Source: a virus. Taken from it: a stretch of DNA of 64,000 nt. The DNA lies in the IMG/VR virus record IMGVR_UViG_3300020450_000017, positions 1 through 64,000 of that record; one strand, given 5' to 3'. The stretch's first letter is position 1, and every line of letters starts with the position of its first letter. Shown here in pieces: positions 50,276 to 60,317 of this stretch. The translations under genes and the position numbers were made by a program. The notes under the pieces were generated by a model. That model worked only from the letters and a program-made list of their open reading frames with translations, was not told the origin of the DNA and did no database searches.

Positions 50276-51209
50276 AACATATATAGTAACTTATAAAAGA
50301 AACGATGTTCTAAATGAATTACTAGAGAATATATTTACTAGTAATATATCAGGATATAATTTAGAAGTTAATATAATAAACAATCATTCAGATTTTTTTA
50401 TTAATGATAAATTTAAATCGTTAGTAAAGGTCCATCATAATCAATGTAGAGTAGATTGGTCAAATGGTAACCTAGCGGCAGATTTTAATTTTGCATTATT
50501 AGATGGGTTTCGTGATTTAAATAACCCAGATTGTGATTATGTTGTAACTTTGCAAAATGACGCCCTATTACACCCCGACTGGTGTGAATGTATAGATAAA
50601 CAACTACAAAAATTTGATTTTGTTGTAGGTTATTTGGGGGATAATATAGTAGGTTATACCCCTGAAGTGATAAAAAATGTAGGGTTATGGGATGAAAATT
50701 TTTCAGGGGTACAAAATAAAGAAGCTGATTTTTATTTAAGAAGTTTAATCCACCATAATCCTGAAAAAATTCAAATAAATGATATTTTACATAGAAGGTT
50801 AATTAATTATGACCCTGCTTTAACTCTGGATTTAGTAGAAGATCGTGGATTTATAATTAATCAACACAATACTTCTAGATTCCCTGATGATGAAGAGCAT
50901 AAAGAAATAAGAGTAAATATGAATAGTCATAGAAATCAAGGAAAACATTATTTTATGTGGAAATGGGAGGGTACAAAGCCATCTTTACAAATGAAAGGAG
51001 GGAGTTGGGAAGAACCTGGTTGGTTAATTAATTGGCCAACTGATATGAAAGAAAATCCCCCTTCCCTGCCTAAAGTTACTCAACATATAAAATATCCATT
51101 TTTTGAAAAAAATATAATTGATATAGCTAATAAAGGATATATTACTGATGGTAATTTAATTGATAACCCCGGTAGAGAATTTACAATTAAAGAAGTTATT
51201 CGCAGATGA
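50262..51209 (+). CDS. Glycosyltransferase (GT2-like)
   Basis: IVTYKR, INN, QND, VGLWDENF....EADF..R. Confidence 0.7.
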   Translation: MKKIKTYIVTYKRNDVLNELLENIFTSNISGYNLEVNIINNHSDFFINDKFKSLVKVHHNQCRVDWSNGNLAADFNFALLDGFRDLNNPDCDYVVTLQNDALLHPDWCECIDKQLQKFDFVVGYLGDNIVGYTPEVIKNVGLWDENFSGVQNKEADFYLRSLIHHNPEKIQINDILHRRLINYDPALTLDLVEDRGFIINQHNTSRFPDDEEHKEIRVNMNSHRNQGKHYFMWKWEGTKPSLQMKGGSWEEPGWLINWPTDMKENPPSLPKVTQHIKYPFFEKNIIDIANKGYITDGNLIDNPGREFTIKEVIRR

Positions 51210-51895
51210 AACTCCTTTGGCAACAGATACCCAGCAGTGAAATAACTACTATATACTGCAATACAGATTTTGAGGGCATTGTATTAGATGATGAACATGG
51301 TTGTTTTAATAATGAAACACTAGTAACCCTAGTAAAACTTATAAATGCCCACAATAAACGTTCATTTGTTAGATTAACAGAACCTAATAAAACTAAAATT
51401 CGAACTTTACTAGATTCAGGGGTTTCGGGTTTAATATTTTCTACTGTAGAAGAGGATAAAATAAGTGATATTATTGACAATTGTTTTTATCCCCCTAAAG
51501 GAAAAAGGGGCCAAGGATTAGTAACAGAAAATCTTTGGGGACAAAAACCTCACTTACTCCAAAATATATCTCCTATAATAATAGCACAAATAGAAACTCA
51601 AGAGGGTATAGCACAGTTACCTAGAATAAATCATTTATTTGACTATTATATGTTAGGACCCTATGATTTAACGGCAGATTTAGGATGTGTAGCTGAATGG
51701 GATAATTTGGAATATCAAAATGCTATTAATACATTTAATTCAATTATCCCTGAACCTAAAAGAGCAGTGCATATAGTTTCTAATATAGAAGATGAATTTA
51801 AGAACAAATTTAAAAACTATGGTTTAGTTGCACTAGGTATGGATACTACTCTATTAATTAATTCCTTATCAGATATAAAAAATTTAATAAAATGA
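51206..51895 (+). CDS. HpcH/HpaI pyruvate-dependent aldolase
   Basis: D.EHG, VR, LD.G..G, YPP.G.RG, QIET, GPYDL. Confidence 0.88.
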   Translation: MKLLWQQIPSSEITTIYCNTDFEGIVLDDEHGCFNNETLVTLVKLINAHNKRSFVRLTEPNKTKIRTLLDSGVSGLIFSTVEEDKISDIIDNCFYPPKGKRGQGLVTENLWGQKPHLLQNISPIIIAQIETQEGIAQLPRINHLFDYYMLGPYDLTADLGCVAEWDNLEYQNAINTFNSIIPEPKRAVHIVSNIEDEFKNKFKNYGLVALGMDTTLLINSLSDIKNLIK

Positions 51896-52524
51896 AAAAA
51901 GATTTAATAGTATATATAGCACATATTGATGATTTTGAATGTGCCTGTTATGGATATGTTTTAAACCATTATAAAGAGTATGATAAAGTAAAAATCATTA
52001 CTGCCACAACATGGCCGGCTAAAGTTAACGTTTGGGAAGAAAATAAAAAAGATTTTCCCCAAGATCTTCAAAACAAATTAATAGATATTAATTTAGGGTA
52101 TGAAGCAAGAACCTTATGGAAAAATCTAGATGATATGAAAGATGATTTTTATAGACTAATAGATTTTTCTACCCGTTTTGATTTATTAACCCATGATGGT
52201 GAAGATTGTCATACAGACCACACAGCATGTTTTACAATAGCAAAAGGTATGTTTAAATACTGCAATAGATTTTTAACTATATATTCACCTTCATCTGCTG
52301 GTTTAAGACCTAATTTTTTTGTTGGAATGACAGCCGAACAATATGCTATAAAGAAAAAAGCATTAGATAAATATGATATTCAGAAAGAACAATCATATAC
52401 AAAACTCGGTTATTATTTACAAAGTGATGAACATTATAATATAGGAAGGGCTCATGTATTAGAAAATTATGTTTTTGATGATTACCCCCACTACGAAATT
52501 TATAAAATACAAAAATGGCTATAA
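51892..52524 (+). CDS. PIG-L/LmbE-like deacetylase
   Basis: AHIDD.E, TH...D.H.DH, KK.AL. Confidence 0.75.
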   Translation: MKKDLIVYIAHIDDFECACYGYVLNHYKEYDKVKIITATTWPAKVNVWEENKKDFPQDLQNKLIDINLGYEARTLWKNLDDMKDDFYRLIDFSTRFDLLTHDGEDCHTDHTACFTIAKGMFKYCNRFLTIYSPSSAGLRPNFFVGMTAEQYAIKKKALDKYDIQKEQSYTKLGYYLQSDEHYNIGRAHVLENYVFDDYPHYEIYKIQKWL

Positions 52525-53168
52525 TAGATATTTCAAATAATATTTCTTATAAGGAAATAGATAGAACTCATGGAATTAAAGAAGTAATAACAACTATGAA
52601 TGGCTGGGGAGTTGATATTAAAAACTCCAAAACATTAGATATGTTTGCCGGGGATGGTAGTTGGTGTAGTAATATTTTATTACCCCTAGTTAGTAAAAAC
52701 TCGGTATGTTGGGATATTAATTCTGATAAACTTAAAGTTCTTAACCAAAATTATGGGTTAAAAACAGTTAATAGTGATGTCTTAACATCTATAAAAAATA
52801 ACCAAGAAAATTTTGATATAATACATTGTGATAATCCTTCTTCTGTTTATGGGGAAAATACTAAAAGATATGAATATTTTGATGTGATCCCTTATATTAA
52901 AGATTTATTTAGTAAAGAATGTATTTTTATCCACAATTTAAACACAACACCTTATAATTTTAACCCGGATTCAAACTGGGCTAAAAAACGCTCAGAATTT
53001 TATAATTTACAGGATACTTCAGATTTAAATCCTAATGAAATTCTTTCCTACCACATAAATTATTTTAAAGATCAAGGTATAAAAGTATCTAAATCTAGCT
53101 ATATAGCTAGGGAAATGTATAATGGGAATGTTTATTGGTGGTATTTAGTCTATAAATTAAATAAATAA
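52515..53168 (+). CDS. Class I SAM-dependent methyltransferase-like protein
   Basis: LDMFAGDG, WDI, FDII..DNP. Confidence 0.7.
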   Translation: MAIIDISNNISYKEIDRTHGIKEVITTMNGWGVDIKNSKTLDMFAGDGSWCSNILLPLVSKNSVCWDINSDKLKVLNQNYGLKTVNSDVLTSIKNNQENFDIIHCDNPSSVYGENTKRYEYFDVIPYIKDLFSKECIFIHNLNTTPYNFNPDSNWAKKRSEFYNLQDTSDLNPNEILSYHINYFKDQGIKVSKSSYIAREMYNGNVYWWYLVYKLNK

Positions 53169-53170
53169 TC

Positions 53171-53848
53171 ATGAAAGTAGCTATACACCAACCTGAATTT
53201 ATGCCTTGGTTAGGGTATTTTCATAAAATGAGAGAGGCGGACATATACGTTATTTTAGATAATGTTCAGTTTAAAAAAAGATATTTTGAAAATAGAAATT
53301 ACATAAGAAATAATAATACTAAAGAATGGATTACTATTCCTGTTATTACTAAAGGTAAGTACAATCAAAATATATCTAATGTTGAAATTTCATATAATGA
53401 AAATTGGTGTAAAAAAATCTCAACAACTTTTATAAATAGATATGGTGTAAATAAAGTTACCGATTCATTTAATGATTTACTTTTCAACTATACAGCACTA
53501 CAAAACACTTCATTATTAAACCTTAACTTATCAATCATAGATTGGTTTAGGGATAATTTTAATATTACTACACCTATAGTATATCAAAGTGATTTTAATA
53601 TTAACTCTAATGGAAGTGATCTAATATTAGATATATGTAAAAATATAAAAGCTACAACTTATATATGTGGGCCATCAGGTAAAGACTATCTAAATATAGA
53701 TAATTTTAAAGCAGAAGATATAACAATAGAATGGCAAGAATTTAATGAGCCAGATTATAATAATTTAGGTTTATCACATTTATCTTCGTACGATTTTGTA
53801 CAACACTTTGGTTTACACTGTTCTGATAAATTTAATAAATTAATATGA
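53171..53848 (+). CDS. WbqC-like protein
   Basis: AIHQP.F.PWLGYF.K...AD....D.VQF...NRN, Y.CG..G.DY. Confidence 0.88.
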   Translation: MKVAIHQPEFMPWLGYFHKMREADIYVILDNVQFKKRYFENRNYIRNNNTKEWITIPVITKGKYNQNISNVEISYNENWCKKISTTFINRYGVNKVTDSFNDLLFNYTALQNTSLLNLNLSIIDWFRDNFNITTPIVYQSDFNINSNGSDLILDICKNIKATTYICGPSGKDYLNIDNFKAEDITIEWQEFNEPDYNNLGLSHLSSYDFVQHFGLHCSDKFNKLI

Positions 53849-54816
53849 ATATAAAATACTCTACATCAGAAATGGGGTTTGAGGGACTATTTACAGTAGA
53901 TTATCCCTATTTAAGAGTTTTAGAAACACAACTATTATTTCTAGAAGCTTATCATATTCCTATAACTAAAATCCTTCAGTCTACCACTAAATACGATGGA
54001 GATTTAATATATAATATAGGTAAGGGAGGGTTTGATAAACCCTATATAAAATATCTTTATGAAAACTGTAATAATATAGTAGAACATTTAAAACAAAAAT
54101 TTCCTAAAGTATACATTTATCAAGATGGAGAAATAGGATGGTGGAACCAAGTTGATGTAAAATTACAAGTTTGGTGGTATAATCAATTACAGGAAGCAGA
54201 TGGTATATTAGTTCCCAATGAAGATGATATACCCTTTTATGAGGGTATATTCCCCGGGGGTAATATAAAAGTTATCAGAAGCGTTATGACTGATAAAGGG
54301 TTAGATAAAACTAAATTTAAGCCTAAAGAAAATAGAGTAATCATTAATGGTCCCCTAACTATGGAATATAATGGTTTTTCTCAAATACTTCTAGCCCATA
54401 ATACAGGTATGGAAATAGATATCCCCCCTATGGGAGAAAGTAAAATGCCTAAAGACTCATGGGATATGGCTCCTAATTTAGGAGTAAGTTATTTAAAGTA
54501 TATGACTTGGACGGATTGGATGTATAATTTAAGCAGATATAAAATAGGTTATATGTTAATGCCTGCTATGGCTTCAGGTTCATTTGCCCTAAATTGTGCT
54601 TATCTAGGTATTCCTTGCATAGGTTGGAAAAAAGCTGATACACAAAGGATATTATTTCCAGATTTAGCTATTGATTTATTTGATAATAAAAAAGCATTAG
54701 AATTAACTTTAAAACTAACTAATGATTCTGATTTTTATAAAAAAGTAAGTGCTAAAGCTAAAGAAATATATCATAAAGAATTTACCCAAGAAAAAATGTT
54801 AGAATTATTGAAATAA
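53845..54816 (+). CDS. Glycosyltransferase-like (GT-B)
   Basis: C-terminal G.F.LNCAYLGIPCIG and A.E.Y...FT pattern; island context. Confidence 0.6.
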   Translation: MNIKYSTSEMGFEGLFTVDYPYLRVLETQLLFLEAYHIPITKILQSTTKYDGDLIYNIGKGGFDKPYIKYLYENCNNIVEHLKQKFPKVYIYQDGEIGWWNQVDVKLQVWWYNQLQEADGILVPNEDDIPFYEGIFPGGNIKVIRSVMTDKGLDKTKFKPKENRVIINGPLTMEYNGFSQILLAHNTGMEIDIPPMGESKMPKDSWDMAPNLGVSYLKYMTWTDWMYNLSRYKIGYMLMPAMASGSFALNCAYLGIPCIGWKKADTQRILFPDLAIDLFDNKKALELTLKLTNDSDFYKKVSAKAKEIYHKEFTQEKMLELLK

Positions 54817-55886
54817 TGGAAAAAATAACTTTTGTAATACCTAGTAGGAATAATTTAGAATTCTTACAATTAGCATATAAATCTATTCGTAATCTCGCGA
54901 TTAAACATGAGATACTTATATTAAATGATGCTAGCACAGATGGTACTGAGGAATGGATTACTTCATTAAATGATCCAGATTTAATAACTTATCATAACCC
55001 TGGACCTGAACGTATTGGTATAGTTGGTATGTTTGATAAGGGTATTGAAATAGCTAGAACTGAGATTATATTTGCATTTCACGCAGATATGGTTGCAGCT
55101 CCCGATTTAGATAAGCACATACTTAAACATCTTGAAAGAGGTAAAGTAGTTAGCGCTACTAGAGTTGAACCGCCCCTACACCCAGATGGTCCCGAAAAAA
55201 TGTTAGTTGATTTCGGAATCGAAGTAGAAGACTTTGATATAGATAAATTTAATAATTGGGTTACTAACGATTATAAACCAAAACACGGAGTACTAACTAC
55301 AGAAGGTATATTCGCTCCTTGGTGTATGTATAAAGATGATTTTCTTGCTATTGGCGGACATGATGAATTATTTGCCCCCCAATCGAAAGAAGATAGTGAT
55401 CTATTTAATCGATTTATATTAAACGGATATGATGTAGTACAAACTTGGGAAGGATTAGTATATCATTTTACTTCCCGTGGAAGTAGATTTAATAAACATG
55501 CTGGTGGTGCTGCTGGTAAAAACTCAGATGAATGGCTACATACCACAACTACTAATATGAAAAAGTTTATTAAAAAGTGGGGTACTGTAGTTCAACATGA
55601 TCCCCTAATGAAACCCATTATATCTCCTGTTTATAAAAAGAGTATTAATATTACTAATCCTAATCCCCAACTAGAAGAAGCATTAGAACCATGGGCTAAT
55701 GGGGGGAAAGATATTATAGTTGAGATTGATGGGAATACTTTTAATCAACAAGATTTTCAAGTAATACAAAAATTAAACGATATTATAAAAGATAGTGGTG
55801 AAATAGGAAAATTTGAATTAGGTAATTTAACTATAACCATTAATTCTTTAAAAGAATACCAAAACGAATTAATAAAAGTAAAATGA
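54816..55886 (+). CDS. Glycosyltransferase (GT2)
   Basis: VIPSRN, DASTDGT, HADM, GGHDE.F....EDSD...R, YHF. Confidence 0.88.
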   Translation: MEKITFVIPSRNNLEFLQLAYKSIRNLAIKHEILILNDASTDGTEEWITSLNDPDLITYHNPGPERIGIVGMFDKGIEIARTEIIFAFHADMVAAPDLDKHILKHLERGKVVSATRVEPPLHPDGPEKMLVDFGIEVEDFDIDKFNNWVTNDYKPKHGVLTTEGIFAPWCMYKDDFLAIGGHDELFAPQSKEDSDLFNRFILNGYDVVQTWEGLVYHFTSRGSRFNKHAGGAAGKNSDEWLHTTTTNMKKFIKKWGTVVQHDPLMKPIISPVYKKSINITNPNPQLEEALEPWANGGKDIIVEIDGNTFNQQDFQVIQKLNDIIKDSGEIGKFELGNLTITINSLKEYQNELIKVK

Positions 55887-56782
55887 ATTTTAAAACAGCC
55901 GCAGTAACAGGAGGAGCCGGTTTTATTGGCTCAACATTAGTTGATAAATTAATATCTTCAGGGGTAGATGTTACTATTATAGATAACTTATCTACTGGTA
56001 AAAAAGAAAATATAAACCCAAAAGCTAAATTCTTACATAAAGATATTAGGGACATAACTAGTGGTATGCTAAATAGAATTGATATAGTTTTTCATACAGC
56101 TGCTTTAGCAAGGGTACAACCATCTATAACGGATCCTGTTGAATTTGATAAAATAAATGTAGGAGGAACAGTAAATTTATTAAAAGCATGTGTTGATGCT
56201 GGTGTAAAAAAAGTAGTATATAGTGCTAGTAGTTCATGTTATGGGGATGCTACAGTATTTCCAACTCCTGAAACCCATTCAACTAACCCACTTTCACCAT
56301 ATGGGTTGCAGAAATATATAGGTGAACAGTATTGTAAAATGTTTTCTCAAGTATATGACATAGATACAGTATGTCTTAGGTATTTTAACGTATACGGTGA
56401 GCGTATGAATTTTGAAGGTGCTTATAAATTAGTACTAGCTATATTCATTCAACAACACCTACAAAACACCCCCCTAACAATTACAAATACAGGTGATCAA
56501 CGAAGAGATTTTACATATGTAGACGATGTTATAGAAGCTAATATATTAGCAGCAAACCATCCTAATAAGTTAAATGGGGAAAGCTTTAACATAGGAAATG
56601 GTGATAATTTTTCTGTAAATGAAATTGCTGATATTTTTGGTGGTGAAAAATCTTATGGGATAGAAGTACTAGAGCCATTCCAAACGCTAGCAGATAATAG
56701 TAAAGCTAAAACCATATTAGGGTGGAACCCACAAGGAAATCTAAAACAATGGCTTAAAGATTATTTAGAAAATATCTCTTAA
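55883..56782 (+). CDS. NAD-dependent nucleotide-sugar epimerase/dehydratase
   Basis: TGGAGFIGS, DNLSTG, SS.YG, YGLQK, LRYFNVYG, RDFTYV.D. Confidence 0.93.
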   Translation: MNFKTAAVTGGAGFIGSTLVDKLISSGVDVTIIDNLSTGKKENINPKAKFLHKDIRDITSGMLNRIDIVFHTAALARVQPSITDPVEFDKINVGGTVNLLKACVDAGVKKVVYSASSSCYGDATVFPTPETHSTNPLSPYGLQKYIGEQYCKMFSQVYDIDTVCLRYFNVYGERMNFEGAYKLVLAIFIQQHLQNTPLTITNTGDQRRDFTYVDDVIEANILAANHPNKLNGESFNIGNGDNFSVNEIADIFGGEKSYGIEVLEPFQTLADNSKAKTILGWNPQGNLKQWLKDYLENIS

Positions 56783-56803
56783 TATTTATAATAAACAGTC
56801 ACA

Positions 56804-57169
56804 ATGAAAAAAACGGAATTACACGATATAGTTCTTGAAACCCTTAATGATTATATTACAGAGGCCGAACTATCTACGGGGGATAATGATTTTACTATTA
56901 AAATAGATGTAAACAGAAATCCAACTAAAAAAGGTATCAAAATCCAATTAATTCCCAAAGGAGATACTGTATTAGTTGATCCAGATGAAAAAATTGATGT
57001 TAATGAAAAAGTACAATCAGCTATGAATTCTAAACTTAGAAAATATGATTTACAAGTTAACATTGACCCTGATATAAGACAGGCAACGGATAATCCTAAC
57101 GTGTTAGGTTATTATATTCCCTTGAATCAGTTTAAAAACTTAATTGTAAAAGCTCTTAAAGGAGAATAA
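56804..57169 (+). CDS. Hypothetical (probable head-internal) protein
   Basis: TATTTATA at 56783; leader MKKTELHDIVLETLNDYITE. Confidence 0.55.
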   Translation: MKKTELHDIVLETLNDYITEAELSTGDNDFTIKIDVNRNPTKKGIKIQLIPKGDTVLVDPDEKIDVNEKVQSAMNSKLRKYDLQVNIDPDIRQATDNPNVLGYYIPLNQFKNLIVKALKGE

Positions 57170-57214
57170 TAAAAAATTTTGGTTTTAGGAGCTTTTTTCT
57201 TAAATTAATATAAG

Positions 57215-57514
57215 ATGAGAAAAAGACGAATTATTCCAACATTACCTGCTGATTTTTTTAATGACGCAAGCAATAAGGTAAAGTATCAAAAAATGTTATA
57301 CTCTAGCATATTAGACGGTGTTGAGCAAACATTAGAAAACGGTAAACCTAGTTTTATAATGGCTAGGGTATCAGATGGTAGAAATATTAAGGATGTCTCT
57401 ATACTTAAAGAATCATTTAAATCTAATCTAGAAACTGTATTAGATTTTTATGAACAAGTAGAAGAATATGAAAATTGTTCTCGTACTGTCAATCTTATTA
57501 AACAGATAAAATGA
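57215..57514 (+). CDS. Hypothetical protein with UVR-like C-terminal motif
   Basis: EQVEEYENC....LI; TTTG-N19-TAAATTAA upstream. Confidence 0.55.
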   Translation: MRKRRIIPTLPADFFNDASNKVKYQKMLYSSILDGVEQTLENGKPSFIMARVSDGRNIKDVSILKESFKSNLETVLDFYEQVEEYENCSRTVNLIKQIK

Positions 57515-57699
57515 GTAAAACAACATATATTTTAGAAACTAAAACAACACAATCTGGGGTTAGGGGGGAAAGAATAAGCAAAGTAGTAGCAGAATCATTA
57601 TCTGAAGCTATCCATATGTTTGCGGGGATTAAGCAATTACGACCAGACCAATTAATAGAATTATTTTCAGTTTATGAACAACCAAGTGATGGCAAATGA
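57511..57699 (+). CDS. Hypothetical protein
   Basis: ATGA-coupled 62-aa ORF. Confidence 0.6.
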   Translation: MSKTTYILETKTTQSGVRGERISKVVAESLSEAIHMFAGIKQLRPDQLIELFSVYEQPSDGK

Positions 57700-58081
57700 T
57701 CAATTAAAACAGGATCTTAAAAATATACTTAAGATTAAAAGTAAAGTTACTAAAGAACGCCCTGTTAAAGGTTTACTTAAAAAAGAAGCATTTATCCGTT
57801 TTATAGAAAATTATAAATATGCTAATGATAGAGCATTAATGCTTAAAATGGAACATGCAATTGATTTTGTTAATTTTGAAGAACCATTTGTGCAGTCAAT
57901 TGAAGCATTACTTGAACTTAATTTTAATAAAAATCAACTCCAAATTATTCATTGGTGGTTATATGAAAAATGGAATACTGGGGATGAATCAGTTTTACAA
58001 TTAAATAATGTAGAAACAGGTGATGAATTACCTTCAGATACATCAGAAGAACTCTGGGACCTGATCCAATCATTAAAATGA
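57674..58081 (+). CDS. Hypothetical protein
   Basis: Operon-embedded ORF (I.WWLYE...EELWD); true start may be 57689. Confidence 0.6.
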   Translation: MNNQVMANDQLKQDLKNILKIKSKVTKERPVKGLLKKEAFIRFIENYKYANDRALMLKMEHAIDFVNFEEPFVQSIEALLELNFNKNQLQIIHWWLYEKWNTGDESVLQLNNVETGDELPSDTSEELWDLIQSLK

Positions 58082-58731
58082 ATAAAATAATCCTTACAAA
58101 GGACGACGTTTTAAGAGCCCAAAAACATACTTTAAGTAATAGAGCAGCAGCTCGTTATTTGGGTGTTTCATATAATGTATATAAGCGTTATGCGCTTACA
58201 TTTAATGATAATGAAACGGGCAAAACACTATTTGATAAACATTTAAATCGTCAGGGTAAGGGTATTAAAAAACATTTAGGTGGTTATGGTAAGCCAAAGA
58301 AAAATATTAAGGCACCGCTTGAAGATGTATTAGAGGGTAGAGTAGATGTTTCACACTATACCGTTGACATACTTAAATCACGATTAATACAAGAAGGTTA
58401 TTTAGAAGAATGTTGTAGTAGTTGTGGGTTTAATGAAAGGCGAGTAGTAGATTTTAAAGTACCACTTGTACTTAATTTTAAAGATAGTAATAAAAAAAAT
58501 TGGAAACGAGATAATTTAGAATTCCTTTGTTACAATTGTTACTTTTTAAATGTAGGTAATATTTGGAGTGATAACCAACTTAAACAAATGGAAGATTATC
58601 AAGTAAATAAAAACACTAATAATAAAGACGAGGAGCCAACTTGGGATTTAGATGATACTCATATTCAACACCTTAAAGAACTCGGTTTATGGGATGGTGA
58701 AGATGGAGATGAATTTATAGATAGAATATGA
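58078..58731 (+). CDS. HTH plus degenerate HNH-like protein
   Basis: SNRAAARYLGVSY; CSSCG...L.FKD.N..N....NLEFLCYNC. Confidence 0.65.
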   Translation: MNKIILTKDDVLRAQKHTLSNRAAARYLGVSYNVYKRYALTFNDNETGKTLFDKHLNRQGKGIKKHLGGYGKPKKNIKAPLEDVLEGRVDVSHYTVDILKSRLIQEGYLEECCSSCGFNERRVVDFKVPLVLNFKDSNKKNWKRDNLEFLCYNCYFLNVGNIWSDNQLKQMEDYQVNKNTNNKDEEPTWDLDDTHIQHLKELGLWDGEDGDEFIDRI

Positions 58732-59207
58732 AACATTTAGTTTTAGCATTAGGATTAGTAGCATTGCCAATAGAGCAAAAACAAGAAAGCTTACTATCAC
58801 CCATCATACCCCTTACTCCGTATATACAAACAAGTAAACAAACTAAAACACTTAAAATAAACAAACCAAAATCGCTAGTAGATGCTTTAATTTTGGTTGA
58901 ATCCGCTGGTAACCCAAACGCGTTTAATAAAAAAGAAAACGCCTGTGGTTGTCTACAAATAAGACCCGTTATGGTTAGAGAAATAAATCGTATATTGCGT
59001 AAACAAAAGTCAGAACAACGATTCACTAAAGAAGACCGTTGGGATTGTGGATTATCAAAGGAAATGTTTTATATTTGGCGCGATTACCACCACAAGATAT
59101 CGAACGATGAAATAATCGCTCGAAATTGGAACGGTGGGCCAAGAGGATATAAAAAACAATCAACAGAGCATTACTGGCATAAAGTTCAATTACAATGGGC
59201 AAATTAA
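58728..59207 (+). CDS. Lysozyme-like/lytic transglycosylase with N-terminal hydrophobic leader
   Basis: ALI.VES.GNPNA, GCLQI, WNGGP.G. Confidence 0.75.
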   Translation: MKHLVLALGLVALPIEQKQESLLSPIIPLTPYIQTSKQTKTLKINKPKSLVDALILVESAGNPNAFNKKENACGCLQIRPVMVREINRILRKQKSEQRFTKEDRWDCGLSKEMFYIWRDYHHKISNDEIIARNWNGGPRGYKKQSTEHYWHKVQLQWAN

Positions 59208-59374
59208 AAGAATATCACTTTGGAAACAAGTCATTTAAGGACTACGAGGACGATTTTCTAGATGACGATTACCAATACGCTAAATGGAAAAAAGATAAGA
59301 ACAAAAAGCGTAAGCGTCGTCAACAACAAGAAGGTGAATACGGTGATGAATGGATAGATGGAGTAGACGAATAA
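59195..59374 (+). CDS. Small charged protein (59 aa, not in ORF track)
   Basis: MGKLKEYHFG...; fills the gap, overlaps upstream stop. Confidence 0.5.
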   Translation: MGKLKEYHFGNKSFKDYEDDFLDDDYQYAKWKKDKNKKRKRRQQQEGEYGDEWIDGVDE

Positions 59375-59383
59375 AATATTAAA

Positions 59384-59701
59384 ATGGATAAAAAAGAAAG
59401 GTTTCAATTAGCAAAGAAAAACGTACTAAAACGTTTTCCTAAGGCTGTTACATTAGCAGACAGCAGGGGGAAATTTTATGTAGCGCAAGATGGTATAGAC
59501 ATCTGTAATAAAGAAATGCATAAAGCAGTCAAGCGAGGAGCGGGGCTTGAAGAGTTAAATTTAATTAAGGAAATTAAACACGCAGATACAGTATTTGAGG
59601 CTTGGCTTAATACTGAGAGTATGATAGTTGCTAATCGTGTTATTGAAAGCAATACAAAACGGTTTAGTGATGAGAAAGTAGCAAATAAAAACTTAGAATA
59701 A
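59384..59701 (+). CDS. Hypothetical protein
   Basis: 105-aa ORF with A-rich leader. Confidence 0.6.
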   Translation: MDKKERFQLAKKNVLKRFPKAVTLADSRGKFYVAQDGIDICNKEMHKAVKRGAGLEELNLIKEIKHADTVFEAWLNTESMIVANRVIESNTKRFSDEKVANKNLE

Positions 59702-60051
59702 TGAGTGATATAAAAGCAGTTATTATAGGTGTTGCTATATTTTTATTTGTGCACATCATTACTTGGTTTCAATTAAATGGTCAATTTTTTAGTGAGTGGT
59801 TTAAAAATAATAATTTTATATTAGCGTTATTTGGGATTCCCATTTCATATCTTTATATTTATGGAACTAAGTATTGTTATGAAGGATTTGATGGTTTAAT
59901 CTGGCCCGGGCGCTTTATAGGATTCGCTTGTGGTATGATCATATTTGCTATATTTGCCTCCTTAATTATGAATGAGGGAATAACAGCTAAAACAGGTGTT
60001 AGTTTAGCTTTAGCAACTGCATTAGTTGCTGTTCAAGTTTTTTGGAAATGA
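59701..60051 (+). CDS. Four-TM small membrane protein (SMR/DMT-like topology)
   Basis: Four hydrophobic helices in 116 aa. Confidence 0.6.
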   Translation: MSDIKAVIIGVAIFLFVHIITWFQLNGQFFSEWFKNNNFILALFGIPISYLYIYGTKYCYEGFDGLIWPGRFIGFACGMIIFAIFASLIMNEGITAKTGVSLALATALVAVQVFWK

Positions 60052-60317
60052 AACAATGTAGACATATTTGGTGGAGAAAGATACTTAAATCAATGGTGCG
60101 TGATAGAAAACTTACACCATTAGAACGAATGTCATCTCGAATTGGTTATATGGGATCTGGTTTTTTAGTAGCGGGACAATGGACATTAGAACCAGCTTTA
60201 TTTATAGCTGGTTTTTTATGTGTAATGTGTCAAGTATTAGTTAGAAAACAATGGAATCTAGTTGTATTATATATTAATGGTTTAGCAGCTTGGATTACAC
60301 ATTATTTTTATGGATAA
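60048..60317 (+). CDS. Small membrane protein
   Basis: Basic N-terminus plus three short hydrophobic helices; ATGA start preferred over 60042. Confidence 0.55.
   Translation: MKQCRHIWWRKILKSMVRDRKLTPLERMSSRIGYMGSGFLVAGQWTLEPALFIAGFLCVMCQVLVRKQWNLVVLYINGLAAWITHYFYG

Noticed and set aside
58078-58731. Mobile homing endonuclease
   Set aside because: Catalytic His positions look degenerate and the gene is coupled within an operon, not inserted in a target gene
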